64,000 bases of DNA from an uncultured Deferribacteres bacterium. Lineage in GTDB: Bacteria > Zhuqueibacterota > JdFR-76 > BMS3Abin05. The position numbers and the translations under genes were made by a program. Shown piece by piece: positions 37,401-48,338 of this stretch (position 1 is the stretch's first letter; each line of letters starts with the position of its first letter). The stretch is taken from positions 134 through 64,133 of the forward strand of contig CAZMRE010000001.1 of the NCBI GenBank assembly GCA_964568545.1, in the 5' to 3' direction. The notes under the pieces were generated by a model. The model was not told where the DNA came from and searched no databases. It was given only the letters and a program-made list of their open reading frames with translations.

Positions 37401-39144
37401 TAATGAAATTATCGTAGGCTTCAATGAGGCGTTTCTCATCAGCATTCAGCGTATCAGGCTTCACCGGCTTAAGACCGACCGCATTCTTTTGACGAGCAGC
37501 CATTTTCTGAAAATCGCTAATTTTACTGGTGTCGCTGCCAGCCGTTTTCAATGGTTGAGCATGGTGTTTTTTCAAAATTTCATTGGCAACTGCAATGGCA
37601 TTTTGAGCGGCATCCTTTCGATACTTGTCCTTTGTATAATCAAAGGCAATCTTTTCATATTCCCTAAAAGCCTCATCATCCCGATTTAATTTGGTGTCCA
37701 AAACGAGGGCCATGTTCCAGTGAATCGTGTAAGCCAGCGAATCATCAGGAAAGTATTTCAGATAAATGCGGCTGTTTTTTACCGCCTGTTGATAATAGTC
37801 CAGGGAAGAATCCTTCTCCGCATCCGTGAGAAGTCGATTAATATTTTCTTGCATAGTTTTCTTCACCAGTTCGGTTGCTTCCCGAATGGCTTTTCTTCGG
37901 AGGAGAGGATTGGGAATTTTTTTCTGCATCGCCTTAGACCATTTGCTTCCGGGATGAAATTTCAGAAACATTTCCCGCTGGGCTTGATACACGCCGTTAG
38001 TATCTTCCAAGCGCTTAAATGACTTAACGATTTCATTCTGGATTTGCGGCGCCTCCGGTGCATCCGGATAATAATGCAGGATGGCGTTATACGTCGCGAT
38101 GGCTCTCAGAAACTTTTCTTCATCAACTTCGTAAACGTCTCCCAATTTTTTTAAAATATGAACACCGTAATCGGGATAGTTTAAATCAGCTAAATATTTC
38201 AGCGCCTCGTCAAGGCCGCCGTAATCGTGGAAACAAATGCCAATGTAATCCAGCGATTCATCTTCAAGAGAGGGGTTGGAATAGGTGCCGTTGTAGTCAA
38301 CGGGTTTTGTCTTCTCAATATCTTGCACGGCTGCCGTAAAGGATGCAATTGCTGAGGGGAAATCTCCCTTTAAATAGTTGGCCCAGCCAATCTTGTACAA
38401 CGCCTCATCGTAGCGCGGCGTGTCTTTGTATCTTAGAACCAATTTATAGTATTTAATGGCTTCGTCGTAGTTTTTTACAGAGGGACTGAAATAATATTCC
38501 CCGATCTGCATAAGGGCTTCGGGAGCATATTTGCTTTTGGGATATTTTGAAGCAATTTCGCGATAATAACCTACAGCATCCACAAACTTCCCTTGTTTGC
38601 CCAAGATGTAGGCCAAATTATAGAGGGCATCGTCGTACAAACTGCTGTTCGGAAAATTATCTACAATAAGGCGATATTTTTCCAGTGCCTTGGAATAATC
38701 AATTTTAGGTTCCTCAGGGGGATTGGGACGCAAGCCCTTTTCATAGTCAGAATAAGCCTTATCATACGCATCCATTTTCTTGAGAAAGGTTTCATCCGCC
38801 TGCTGAAAATAAAACTCGCCCAAACGCAAAAGAATTTTGTCGACAAAATGACTGTTAGGATTTTCGGTTAGCAGTTTTTCCACATTCTGGATATTCTTCT
38901 CACGAAGCAATTTTTTTTCGCGCTGCAAGCGATTAATTTCGTTTTTGTAGTATTCACGAAACTTGATCAGATCCTCAGCCGAAAATGTTTTAACCAGGGA
39001 ATCCAACAGCGTTTGATGAGATGATTTCTCCCCTTTTTCAATTAGCGTTTCCTGAGCAAAACTATTTTTGCCCAAAAATATAATTAGGGCCATACTCAAA
39101 AACACGATGGCCTTTCTCCATCCCTGGAATCTACGATTTTCCAT
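34468..39144 (-). CDS. Giant secreted TPR-repeat protein (about 1558 aa) with a C-terminal beta-sandwich-like domain
   Basis: The start is set at MENRRFQGWRKAIVFLSMALIIFLGKNSFA|QE (signal peptide). The longer ORF start would overlap the upstream gene by 149 nt. There are dozens of A/Y/L-patterned 34-residue repeats (e.g. YDDALYNLAYILGKQGKFVDAVGYYREI). The last 150 or so residues (KIQADDNMEIFINGVKVF...NVVAIHVTD) resemble a galactose-binding-like fold. Confidence 0.75.
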   Translation of the reverse strand: MENRRFQGWRKAIVFLSMALIIFLGKNSFAQETLIEKGEKSSHQTLLDSLVKTFSAEDLIKFREYYKNEINRLQREKKLLREKNIQNVEKLLTENPNSHFVDKILLRLGEFYFQQADETFLKKMDAYDKAYSDYEKGLRPNPPEEPKIDYSKALEKYRLIVDNFPNSSLYDDALYNLAYILGKQGKFVDAVGYYREIASKYPKSKYAPEALMQIGEYYFSPSVKNYDEAIKYYKLVLRYKDTPRYDEALYKIGWANYLKGDFPSAIASFTAAVQDIEKTKPVDYNGTYSNPSLEDESLDYIGICFHDYGGLDEALKYLADLNYPDYGVHILKKLGDVYEVDEEKFLRAIATYNAILHYYPDAPEAPQIQNEIVKSFKRLEDTNGVYQAQREMFLKFHPGSKWSKAMQKKIPNPLLRRKAIREATELVKKTMQENINRLLTDAEKDSSLDYYQQAVKNSRIYLKYFPDDSLAYTIHWNMALVLDTKLNRDDEAFREYEKIAFDYTKDKYRKDAAQNAIAVANEILKKHHAQPLKTAGSDTSKISDFQKMAARQKNAVGLKPVKPDTLNADEKRLIEAYDNFIKLFPQDKDASVALANAGILFYNKKHFEEALTYFNTLIQRFPDSPELTQAQFTAMESYFGKQDFVSAELMAKKIQLSKNVPEAVKKKAVRRMSESIFMHAQALADSGNHLAAAKEYRRVVKEVPNAKFADLSLYQSAVEYDKVSEYNQAVEAYQYLIDHFPSSKYYLDAMNNLALDYGELKEYKYAANTYEKLWKVTPDSAKAQDALYNASFFSVKAKDWRNAIRINKQYVETYPKSSDAENMFYNMAEYYLKLDDLDQANRIWDEFGMKYPDSPRGVETFYKRGEYFMNKGEHDQAIVEFNRALQRNTELKSKNLKTNDFYAAEALFLKSELMYNDYKKIRFTLANMDAQKKQKKELLKQLVSQYEQVAAYGTIRLYEATYDIGKVYEEFANTWNSQEIPQMDKTRQIVYRTKIHQMSAQLYEKAHASYRSAVILLRKLENAAAPTASDSTALSDTTSGDSIHRHSIRVAEKDSTLRVMKRWVTRSGEKTSEMLYRIADLNFASIEQILSAPIPDGLDPVAILEYKNQVYLKAVKPTVDKIVQAHLRNINEADSLELENRWVARSRKKLLQVFKILPAKYYELAMGTIDTYRKMKHRYYKIMTKGSDSEKEGALNLAGDLLNVIDLGKKYTQIMTRFYQWELDNFLKHNFPDKYAEQGMNDYLENTYQIADTYKIEADSARALKDYFSALNQKEPMPEYEDAIYTYSDNFNSLHDAALEIAADAYDYKKSHNLQSLAVSNLSSLLIELDPVTYAKEFAVSTDSVYVPADTSWLVSTKVDSNWIQNTPPDSSWMHAQKMAWDSAGKALFPGKMAYSMNIPMKMDTVFADTVAVDSSQKAAPRAFHLAAHEAYPAELYFKKAFDISDIPVSSKLKIQADDNMEIFINGVKVFQEKADTLGWKQVFPVNVNEFIRQGKNVVAIHVTDTDSTRKGMRAIFQIQLLRKATIQKVSESVKREEINLEKEIEKQAFLLNRVLKP

Positions 39145-39181
39145 ACAATGACTCTCGTTTAAAATGCTGTCGCCTAAGGTT

Positions 39182-42100
39182 TTATTTTTTATGTTTTTCT
39201 TTTTTGTCCTTTTCCTGCAATCGGTTTTGCTTTTCCGGATATTTCTTTTCCAGAAGTTCCTGCACACCCTGATCCTGAGTCTTGTACTTAGCCTCCTGCC
39301 GGACGACGTTTTCACGATTTTTGGAAACAAAGTATTTCTGATTAAAATATATGTCCATCGCCTTTCGATGGTCTTCCATTTGTTTTTGCTTCAGGCGCCG
39401 CTGCACCTGGCGAAGGCTATCGTTCATGGTGTAAATATGATCCTTCAACGCTAATTGCTGAACATTCAGGGCATTGTTAATTAAGCTGATATAATCGTAA
39501 TAATTTTTAATTTTTAGATCAATATTCTGAAGCCGAACAAAATCGATGTCGCTGACACCAAAGCCGCTGAAATCAGCATAATATTGAACATTTTCTTCCG
39601 GCGAATCATCCAATTCTCCGTTCAAATAAACAACATATTCCTCCAGGCGATCGGAAATATTCTCCAAATTTTCACCGTTAAAATCCAATCGAACAATAGA
39701 TCTTACATCTCCCTGTTTTCGCGCTTCAGCAACCAGTTTTTCAACATCTTTTTGGTCGTTCTGGACCTGTTTTAATTGGGATTGAATTTCTGCCAGCATT
39801 TCGGAAAGAACCTGCCGCTTATACCTGACCATACTCTGCCGTTGAAGAAATGGATAACTTGCTAGGAAGTCCGTTTCGCTGCTCCATTTGCCGGGGGTAT
39901 AACTGCCTAAAATCGCCAATAATCGATTTTTTGTTTTGCCGATGTTCTTCGTCAAATCCTCGTAGCCCAATTTCCGAACAATCTTTTGGTAGGTTTCCAG
40001 ATCGCTCACCAGATTCTCCAAGCGCTGCCGCTCCAGCTCAAATTCATCCATCATGTAAAGACCAGGTTTGCCGGACGGATATGTATTTTCCATAATCCTC
40101 TTGACCTTTTGTTTCAGGTACACCACTTCCTGAAACCGAAGCCTATCCCCCCGTTTCAAGGCATCTTCCTGAATCTTGTCCAATTCCTGAAGGCGTCCGG
40201 CCAGCGCTTTTCGTTCTTTGTTTTTTCCGGTCAGGATGGCGAGAGCTCTTTTTGCATTTTCCACATAACGCAAATCGCGCGCCGCACGGATGGGTTTTCC
40301 CATCATATTATAGCAATGGGCAGAAAGCGTTTTGGCTTCGTAGACGTAGTTCGAGCTCATGAAATTCCAGAATAACCGATCCAGATCCTCAACCGTATAT
40401 TTGATTTGCCCCTCACGGAATTCTGCCCATGCTTTTCCAATCAGTGCATCCTGATAGGCGTTATTGCCTGCAGAAACCCTGTTAAAATACTTCAATGCTA
40501 ATTTTGGTTCGTTATTTTCATAATAAATCATTCCAAGCTTCAATAACGAATTATTTTTAATGAGATTAGCCCTTGAATCAGACGATTGTTTTTGTGCCTC
40601 CGCTACCAATTTTCTAAAGATTTTCGCCGCCGACCGATACCGCTGTTCACCGGCATACGCACTTGCCAACAAAAATTGAGCAGACATTGCGTAGTCCGAT
40701 TTCTCCGGGATGGTTCGAAGCGTGGAAATGGCCTGATCGTAGTTTTCCTTTTTAAAATAAACATAGCCCGTCAAATAATGAGCCTTTTCGTAAACCTCAT
40801 CTTTCGGAATTTTTTGAAATCGGGCTTCCAGTTTTTTGTAGGCATCAAAATATTGATCGTCCTGGTGCAGCGCCTCGGTAATTAATAAAATTTTGAAATA
40901 CGAATCGCTTACATATTTTGAATGGGGAAACTGCCGGATTACGTAGGCAAAGGTTCGTTTGGCTTTTTCATATTTGCCCTGAGCCATATAAATTTCAGCG
41001 AGATGGTAGTGGATATCTTCCATATCGTGGAAGGGATATTCCCTAAGAAGCTCCCTAAATTCCAATTCGGCCAGCGGGTATTCCCCTCGATTGTAGCTCA
41101 CAATGGCATCAGCCAAATCCCGGCGAAACATTCGGTTTAACTGTGCTAGATTAGAATCGTGGATCAACCGTTGCCGCAGCAAACGCACGCGTGTCAACTT
41201 GATTTTATAATTGAAGATCTGCGTCGCCTTCCACTCTTCCAGAAATTCGTCGAATTTGGATTCATTTGAGAGAAGGGCAAAATTCGTATATCCTAGTACC
41301 CGAAGTAATTTCCGATCCACATTCGCCAGAACGTCTTCTTTAAGGGCATCGATTTTAAACAGAATGTCCTCATCATCCGGGCTAATCTGGGATCGAAAAT
41401 GATCCAACTGATACAGAACACTGATAATATTTTCCATTTCCCGATAATATTGAGCTTCCAGCGTGTTGTCCGAACGCGACATATGGCTGCTGAGAAGCTG
41501 CTCCAGATGGGATTTTTCCTGCTTAATTTCAGAAAGGGCCGCCTGATTATTTTCCGCCCGGGCAAGCGCCTGGTAATGATCGAGTTCGCCATAAATCGTG
41601 AGAATTTGTTTAATTTCACTCCGATAGTTGGAAATTAATGTGTTGGACAATTGGTCTTTTTTTGAGAAGGGTACGCGGGTCTTTCCCTCAATGGCCCGTT
41701 TTAATTCGTCTTTGATGGCCGCCGCCCGGGCACGAATTGACACATCATTTTTCTGATCCGCCTCCCGCTCCAACTGCTTTAATTGATCCATTAATCCCAG
41801 AGCACGGCGAATTTCCTGGGAATACGCCTGAATCAGTGAATCTGAACCGGCAGCCGCATCGTGCGTAACAATCGCGTCAAAAATCCCTGAAACAGGCTGT
41901 TTTTCCTTTTTTCGCTCCTTCAGCTCTTCAACCAGATTATCCATCAATCTGGTTAAAAACTGCTCTTTGTAAACCATGTCGTAATAAAAATCACTGGTCT
42001 TTTCGTCAATCATTTGCCAAACATGGGCTTCGAATTGCTTTTCAAGGCGGGTTTTTTCTGGAGCCATCGAAAGGCTGGTTCCTCCAAGAAGAAGAATCAC

Positions 42101-42199
42101 AAAAAGGAATGCAGCTCTATTTGCAAGATGTTGAACACGAGATTTCCAAATATCAGGCGATGTCGTACCATGCTTCTTTGAAATCATTGAATGCACCAT
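39182..42199 (-). CDS. Large coiled-coil plus TPR-repeat protein (1005 aa) with an N-terminal membrane anchor or signal
   Basis: It has an N-terminal hydrophobic segment AAFLFVILLLGGTSL and long heptad regions. The central TPR repeats include YHLAEIYMAQGKYEKAKRTFAYVIRQFP and YLTGYVYFKKENYDQAISTL. The C-terminus is Lys-rich. Confidence 0.7.
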   Translation of the reverse strand: MVHSMISKKHGTTSPDIWKSRVQHLANRAAFLFVILLLGGTSLSMAPEKTRLEKQFEAHVWQMIDEKTSDFYYDMVYKEQFLTRLMDNLVEELKERKKEKQPVSGIFDAIVTHDAAAGSDSLIQAYSQEIRRALGLMDQLKQLEREADQKNDVSIRARAAAIKDELKRAIEGKTRVPFSKKDQLSNTLISNYRSEIKQILTIYGELDHYQALARAENNQAALSEIKQEKSHLEQLLSSHMSRSDNTLEAQYYREMENIISVLYQLDHFRSQISPDDEDILFKIDALKEDVLANVDRKLLRVLGYTNFALLSNESKFDEFLEEWKATQIFNYKIKLTRVRLLRQRLIHDSNLAQLNRMFRRDLADAIVSYNRGEYPLAELEFRELLREYPFHDMEDIHYHLAEIYMAQGKYEKAKRTFAYVIRQFPHSKYVSDSYFKILLITEALHQDDQYFDAYKKLEARFQKIPKDEVYEKAHYLTGYVYFKKENYDQAISTLRTIPEKSDYAMSAQFLLASAYAGEQRYRSAAKIFRKLVAEAQKQSSDSRANLIKNNSLLKLGMIYYENNEPKLALKYFNRVSAGNNAYQDALIGKAWAEFREGQIKYTVEDLDRLFWNFMSSNYVYEAKTLSAHCYNMMGKPIRAARDLRYVENAKRALAILTGKNKERKALAGRLQELDKIQEDALKRGDRLRFQEVVYLKQKVKRIMENTYPSGKPGLYMMDEFELERQRLENLVSDLETYQKIVRKLGYEDLTKNIGKTKNRLLAILGSYTPGKWSSETDFLASYPFLQRQSMVRYKRQVLSEMLAEIQSQLKQVQNDQKDVEKLVAEARKQGDVRSIVRLDFNGENLENISDRLEEYVVYLNGELDDSPEENVQYYADFSGFGVSDIDFVRLQNIDLKIKNYYDYISLINNALNVQQLALKDHIYTMNDSLRQVQRRLKQKQMEDHRKAMDIYFNQKYFVSKNRENVVRQEAKYKTQDQGVQELLEKKYPEKQNRLQEKDKKEKHKK

Positions 42200-42314
42200 T
42201 CTTTAGAGTTTTAGGGATCACTATTTTTTTCGGCTCTTTTTTAAAATAATCAATAGATTTTCCTAAAGATTTTCTTTTAACGAATCCATTTTGGAATAAA
42301 AAAGTATCTGATTA

Positions 42315-42353
42315 CAAAAAAGCCGATAAACTCATATATGATTATCGGCTTTT
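42315..42353 (-). terminator. Rho-independent terminator after atpC
   Basis: The minus strand reads AAGCCGATAA-TCATATATGAGT-TTATCGGCTT followed by TTTTTGT. A-tracts and T-tracts flank both sides, so it could work in both directions. Confidence 0.75.
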
Positions 42354-42398
42354 ATGATATATTTCTTTATGGAGTCTGTTACGGCTACAAAAACTTAT

Positions 42399-42812
42399 TT
42401 ACATTTTTGAAGCCACTTTCAGGCGGATCAGGGCGCGTGCAAGTGCTGCTCGGGCACGAGCCACATTCACCTCAGCCGAACGCTCATGCAACCGCTTTTC
42501 GGCACGAGCTTTTGCCTGGTTCGCGCGCCCAACGTCAATTTCTTCGGCTGCCTCCGCGGTTTCCGCCAAAATAGAAACAGCATTATTCAGAACTTCTACA
42601 AACCCGCCGCTGGTTGCGAAAAATCGTTTTTTATTCCCAATCTCGACTTTAATCTCGCCAATATCCAGAGTCGCCAAAAATGGAATGTGATTAGCTAAAA
42701 CCCCAAAAGAGCCTTCAATTCCCGGAGCCCGCAGGTAGGTCACATCGCCACTGTAAACCGTGCGCCCGGGGGTTAATATTTCAAGGGTAAATTTTTTATC
42801 GTGTTCACTCAT
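42399..42812 (-). CDS. atpC: F1 ATP synthase epsilon subunit
   Basis: 137 aa. It has a beta-sandwich N-terminus (LEILTPGRTVYSGDV) and a helical C-terminus. It is the last gene of the atp operon. Confidence 0.9.
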   Translation of the reverse strand: MSEHDKKFTLEILTPGRTVYSGDVTYLRAPGIEGSFGVLANHIPFLATLDIGEIKVEIGNKKRFFATSGGFVEVLNNAVSILAETAEAAEEIDVGRANQAKARAEKRLHERSAEVNVARARAALARALIRLKVASKM

Positions 42813-42820
42813 TGCCGTCT

Positions 42821-44254
<1,434 letters not shown>

Positions 44255-44374
44255 TCATTATTTGCACACGAATCACTTGCAATTTACAATTTAACCCAAT
44301 CCACCTCCGGCGGATGTAACGCCGCGATTCGGATGATTCCCCTGCACTTTCAAAGTGCGAGGGGATTAGAAAAA

Positions 44375-45241
44375 TTATTGATTTTGCGCCTCTGCTCCCC
44401 CAACAATTTCTGTAATTTCCTTTGTAATGGTCGCCTGTCGGACGCGATTGTAATGAAGCGTCAGGCGATCGATCATTTCGGAAGCATTGTCTGTTGCCAT
44501 TTCCATGGCCGTCATTCGGGCACCCTGTTCGGCTGCGTTGGATTCCAGCAGCACCCGCCACATCTGAATGTTAATCTGCTTTGGCAGCAGATCTTCCAAA
44601 ATTTTGTCCGGCGAGGGCTCGTAGATGTATTCCAATTTTCGCCTGCCCAAATCGGGTATGACCGGCTGAATGGGAAGCAATTGCTCCACTGTCACATTCT
44701 GCTGAATGGCCGATTTGAATTCATTGTACACCAGATGAATATGATCGAGCTCATGATCTGTGAATAGCCGGATGATTTCGTTTCCGATACGAACCGCGTT
44801 GGCAAATTCCAGATGATTAAAAAAATCCACCGATTCGTAGATCACGGAATAAGAGCGACGCCGAAAATAATCCCTGGCATGCCGTCCCACCGAAAGTACA
44901 AACACCTCTTTTCCTGCAGCCAGCTGTGTTTCCAGCTCTTCCGTTGATCGACGTAAGATGTTTTGATTAAAGGCACCACACAGTCCACGATCAGCGGTAA
45001 CAACTACGTATCCTACACGCTGAGCCTCCCGTTCTTCCAGTAGCGGGTGCAAACTCCGGTCAACCAAACCGGCCACGTGCCCCAGAACCTGATTGAGTCG
45101 GTAGGCATAGGGGCGCGCTTTCAGGATATTTTCCTGTGCCCGCCGCAACTTTGCCGCTGCCACCATTTTCATGGCTTTGGTAATCTGCTGGGTGCTTTTA
45201 ACACTTGAAATTCGTCGTCGAATATCGCGCAGGGTTGCCAT
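44375..45241 (-). CDS. atpG: F1 ATP synthase gamma subunit
   Basis: 288 aa. It has the N-terminus MATLRDIRRRISSVKSTQQITKAMKMVAAAKLRRAQ and the C-terminus ITKEITEIVGGAEA. Confidence 0.95.
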   Translation of the reverse strand: MATLRDIRRRISSVKSTQQITKAMKMVAAAKLRRAQENILKARPYAYRLNQVLGHVAGLVDRSLHPLLEEREAQRVGYVVVTADRGLCGAFNQNILRRSTEELETQLAAGKEVFVLSVGRHARDYFRRRSYSVIYESVDFFNHLEFANAVRIGNEIIRLFTDHELDHIHLVYNEFKSAIQQNVTVEQLLPIQPVIPDLGRRKLEYIYEPSPDKILEDLLPKQINIQMWRVLLESNAAEQGARMTAMEMATDNASEMIDRLTLHYNRVRQATITKEITEIVGGAEAQNQ

Positions 45242-45243
45242 CT

Positions 45244-46758
45244 TTATTCCTCAAACGACTGAGTTTTGATGAATTCTTTGCAGGCATTGTCAAGGCGCGC
45301 TTCCAATTCCTTATCCATTACCTTTTTCTCGCGAATATCTTTTAAAACATCCAAAAAATTGGAATCAAGAAATGAATAAAAATCCTTCTCAAGATTTTTA
45401 ATCTTTCCCAGAGGCACTTTGTCCAAATAGCCGTGAATGCCCATGTAAATAATGGCAATCTGCTTTTCAACCGGCAGTGGCTGGTACTGATCCTGCTTCA
45501 GTATTTCACGAATATGCTGCCCGCGAACGATCTGATCCATTGTGGCCTTGTCCAGATCGGAGCCGAATTTCACAAATGCTTCCAACTCGCGAAACTGAGC
45601 CAAATCCAGACGCAATCGGCCGGCCACCTGTTTCATCGCTTTAATCTGGGCATTTCCACCCACACGAGACACAGACAAACCAGCATTAATGGCCGGACGA
45701 AAACCCGCGTAAAAGAGATCGGTTTCCAGATAAATTTGTCCATCTGTAATGGAAATCACATTGGTCGGAATGTAAGCCGAAATATCGCCCGCCTGTGTTT
45801 CAATAATCGGAAGGGCCGTAAGCGACCCGCCGCCCAACTCATCGTTTAGTTTGGCGGCACGTTCCAGCAAACGGGAATGCAGATAAAACACATCACCGGG
45901 GTAAGCCTCGCGTCCGGGAGGACGGCGCAGCAGCAGTGAAACCTGACGATATGCCCACGCGTGCTTGGTAAGATCATCGTAAATAACCAGAGCATGCTTT
46001 CCGTTGTCTCGGAAATACTCACCCATGGCCGCACCGGCGTAGGGAGCAGCATACAACAAAGGAGCCGGCTGCTCGGCCATTGAGGCGATCACAATTGTGT
46101 GATCCATAGCACCGTTACTCTCAAGGGTTTGCACCACTTTTGCGATGGTGGATCCCTTTTGCCCGATGGCCACATAGATACAGACCACATCGGAATTCTT
46201 TTGATTGATAATCGTGTCGACCGCAATGGCTGTTTTACCCGTTTGACGATCGCCGATGATCAATTCGCGCTGCCCTCGGCCGATGGGAATCATTGAATCA
46301 ATAGACTTCAACCCGGTTTGCAGGGGCTCTTTCACAGGACGCCGGTAAATCACACCGGGCGCTTTCCGCTCGATAGGATTAAACTGCTTGGCATTGATCG
46401 GGCCTTTTCCATCCATTGGCTGTCCCAAAGGATTAACCACACGGCCCAGAAGCTCCTCACCAACAGGAACCTCCATAATGCGACCTGTTCGCCGGACGGA
46501 ATCTCCTTCACGGATATGCGTGTCGCTTCCGAAAAGAATACACCCCACATTATCTTCTTCCAGATTCAAAGCCATGCCGTATACATTGCCAGGGAATTCA
46601 ATCAGCTCCCCGGCCATTACTTTTTCAAGGCCGTAAATGCGTGCAATTCCGTCGCCAACGTAAATGACTTCGCCAACCTCTTCGACATTTACCGTGTAGT
46701 CAAAACTTTCTATTCTCTGCCGAATAATCGATGTAATTTCATCCGGCTTAATCTTCAT
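45244..46758 (-). CDS. atpA: F1 ATP synthase alpha subunit
   Basis: 504 aa. It has Walker A GDRQTGKT and the conserved block [42 protein letters not shown]. Confidence 0.97.
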   Translation of the reverse strand: MKIKPDEITSIIRQRIESFDYTVNVEEVGEVIYVGDGIARIYGLEKVMAGELIEFPGNVYGMALNLEEDNVGCILFGSDTHIREGDSVRRTGRIMEVPVGEELLGRVVNPLGQPMDGKGPINAKQFNPIERKAPGVIYRRPVKEPLQTGLKSIDSMIPIGRGQRELIIGDRQTGKTAIAVDTIINQKNSDVVCIYVAIGQKGSTIAKVVQTLESNGAMDHTIVIASMAEQPAPLLYAAPYAGAAMGEYFRDNGKHALVIYDDLTKHAWAYRQVSLLLRRPPGREAYPGDVFYLHSRLLERAAKLNDELGGGSLTALPIIETQAGDISAYIPTNVISITDGQIYLETDLFYAGFRPAINAGLSVSRVGGNAQIKAMKQVAGRLRLDLAQFRELEAFVKFGSDLDKATMDQIVRGQHIREILKQDQYQPLPVEKQIAIIYMGIHGYLDKVPLGKIKNLEKDFYSFLDSNFLDVLKDIREKKVMDKELEARLDNACKEFIKTQSFEE

Positions 46759-46856
46759 GAATAAACCTCCACTTTTTCCAGATTCGCATCCATCGAATCT
46801 TCTGGATTAAAACGCTGTCACTATTTTATTTTAAAACTCCGGCCACTTATTGAATT

Positions 46857-47417
46857 TTAATTATTCTGATTTTGCGGCGCCTCCGTCAGAAATGATCGCA
46901 TTCGCAGTAACTGACCCTTCAAAGAAGCATCGAAAACCGTACTATCAATGCGTAAGCGAATACCACCCAGAATTTCAGGGTCTATTTCCGACTGAATTAT
47001 GACCTCTTTTTGCAAATCTTTGGATAATTTGCTTCGGATTAGGGTTAATTCTTCTTCCGAAAGCGGAACAGCCGTAGTGGCCCGAACCTTAATTCGATTG
47101 AAATAGGCATCCTGATACCGGTAAAATTCCTGAACCATATCCGGGAAATAATTCTGGCGGCCATTCTTCAAAAGCACCTGAATAAAATTGAAAAATTCCG
47201 CCGCAAGCTGATCTCCAAAAAATTTTTCTACGGTTTTTTCTTTTTCCTTTCGGGAAATTTCAGGAGATCGGAGATACCGATGAAAATCCGGGTTTGCCTG
47301 CAGCGCTTCATTGAAAGCTGTAAGATCGGCACTTATTTTTTCCAGAATATTCTTTTCAACGGCTACCTTGAAAAGGGCTTTTGAATACCGTCGAACCAGA
47401 GCATTTGATCCGATCAT
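46857..47417 (-). CDS. atpH: F1 ATP synthase delta (OSCP) subunit
   Basis: 186 aa. Its position between atpF and atpA, and the OSCP-like block [27 protein letters not shown], support the call. Confidence 0.88.
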   Translation of the reverse strand: MIGSNALVRRYSKALFKVAVEKNILEKISADLTAFNEALQANPDFHRYLRSPEISRKEKEKTVEKFFGDQLAAEFFNFIQVLLKNGRQNYFPDMVQEFYRYQDAYFNRIKVRATTAVPLSEEELTLIRSKLSKDLQKEVIIQSEIDPEILGGIRLRIDSTVFDASLKGQLLRMRSFLTEAPQNQNN

Positions 47418-47902
47418 GACAGTTTCATCTCCTGGATGTATTTTTTAACAATTTCTTTATGATCGGCATCGGTAAGCGATTTTCCAATCAGTTTCGATGC
47501 GGCATCCAGAGAAAGATCCACTGCCAGCTTTCGGATGTCCTCGATTGCCTTTTCCCGTTCCAGCGAAATGTCGCGTCGAGCCTTTTCCACCAATCGTGTA
47601 GCTTCTTGATCGGCTTTTTGGACAATCTCGTCTTTGAGCATGTCTGCTGTTTTGCGTCCTTTCGCCACAATCTCCTGCGACTCTTTCTTGGCCTGTTCAA
47701 TCATTTGCTGGTACTCGGCGAGTTTTTTTTCAGCCTCTTGCCGATTTTTTTCAGCTTCATCTAAAGCAGATTGAATCCGCTGTTCCCGGCTTTCCAAAGC
47801 ACCCACAATGGGTTTCCAGGCCAGCTTTTGCAGCGCCCAAAGCAAAACCAGAAAGGTTACAACCGTCCAAAAAATAAGGCCAGGGTTGATTTGTAGTAGC
47901 AT
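47414..47902 (-). CDS. atpF: Fo ATP synthase b subunit
   Basis: 162 aa. It has a single N-terminal TM helix followed by a long charged helix. The atpF stop overlaps the atpH start by 4 nt. Confidence 0.88.
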   Translation of the reverse strand: MLLQINPGLIFWTVVTFLVLLWALQKLAWKPIVGALESREQRIQSALDEAEKNRQEAEKKLAEYQQMIEQAKKESQEIVAKGRKTADMLKDEIVQKADQEATRLVEKARRDISLEREKAIEDIRKLAVDLSLDAASKLIGKSLTDADHKEIVKKYIQEMKLS

Positions 47903-47914
47903 TTTTTCGCCTAA

Positions 47915-48154
47915 CTATTTTGCCATGAAAATTAACAACACACAAACCACGACCGCAAAAAGGGCAATACCTTCGATCATAGCTGCCGTCAGAATCATCA
48001 TTCCTCGAATGTCACCAGCAGCCTCCGGCTGGCGGGACACACTTTCCATTGCGGCACTGGCCAATTTCCCAATCCCGTATCCACCACCGATAGTCGCAAT
48101 GCCCGCTCCAAATCCTGCGGCCAGGTAAGCCATAGCCAATGATAACGTCGACAT
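47915..48154 (-). CDS. atpE: Fo ATP synthase c subunit
   Basis: 79 aa hairpin protein. It has the loop SRQPE and the carboxylate in AAMIEGIALF. Confidence 0.93.
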   Translation of the reverse strand: MSTLSLAMAYLAAGFGAGIATIGGGYGIGKLASAAMESVSRQPEAAGDIRGMMILTAAMIEGIALFAVVVCVLLIFMAK

Positions 48155-48215
48155 ACTTTCCTCCTTACTTCTTCTTCAGTGTTTTTGTTCGACAATTATT
48201 TGCTTTTAATTTGTT

Positions 48216-48316
48216 GAGTATGCTCTAAAAAGCCTTTACCCACTAATTTCACGAATTTTCACAAATTGATTTTGTAGAAATTAATTAGCGTAATTTCTGT
48301 AATTCATGGTTTTTAC
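48216..48316 (+). repeat. MITE-like intergenic repeat, family 1 (copy B), between atpB and atpE
   Basis: The 5' 42 nt (GAGTATGCTCTAAAAAGCCTTTACCCACTAATTTCACGAATT) match the reverse complement of 56729-56822 at 39 of 42 positions. The 3' 33 nt match at 29 of 33. The middle is variable. The ends are imperfect inverted repeats (CTCTAAAAAGCC ... GGTTTTTACAG). Confidence 0.8.
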
Positions 48317-48338
48317 AGCGAACCCTTTGTTTATTTTT

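Noticed and set aside
36928-37689. A 253-aa plus-strand ORF, along with many other 60-170-aa plus-strand ORFs between 34.7 and 42 kb.
   Set aside because: All of them are antisense to the giant TPR genes. They show no motifs or ribosome-binding sites, and their composition mirrors the sense strand.
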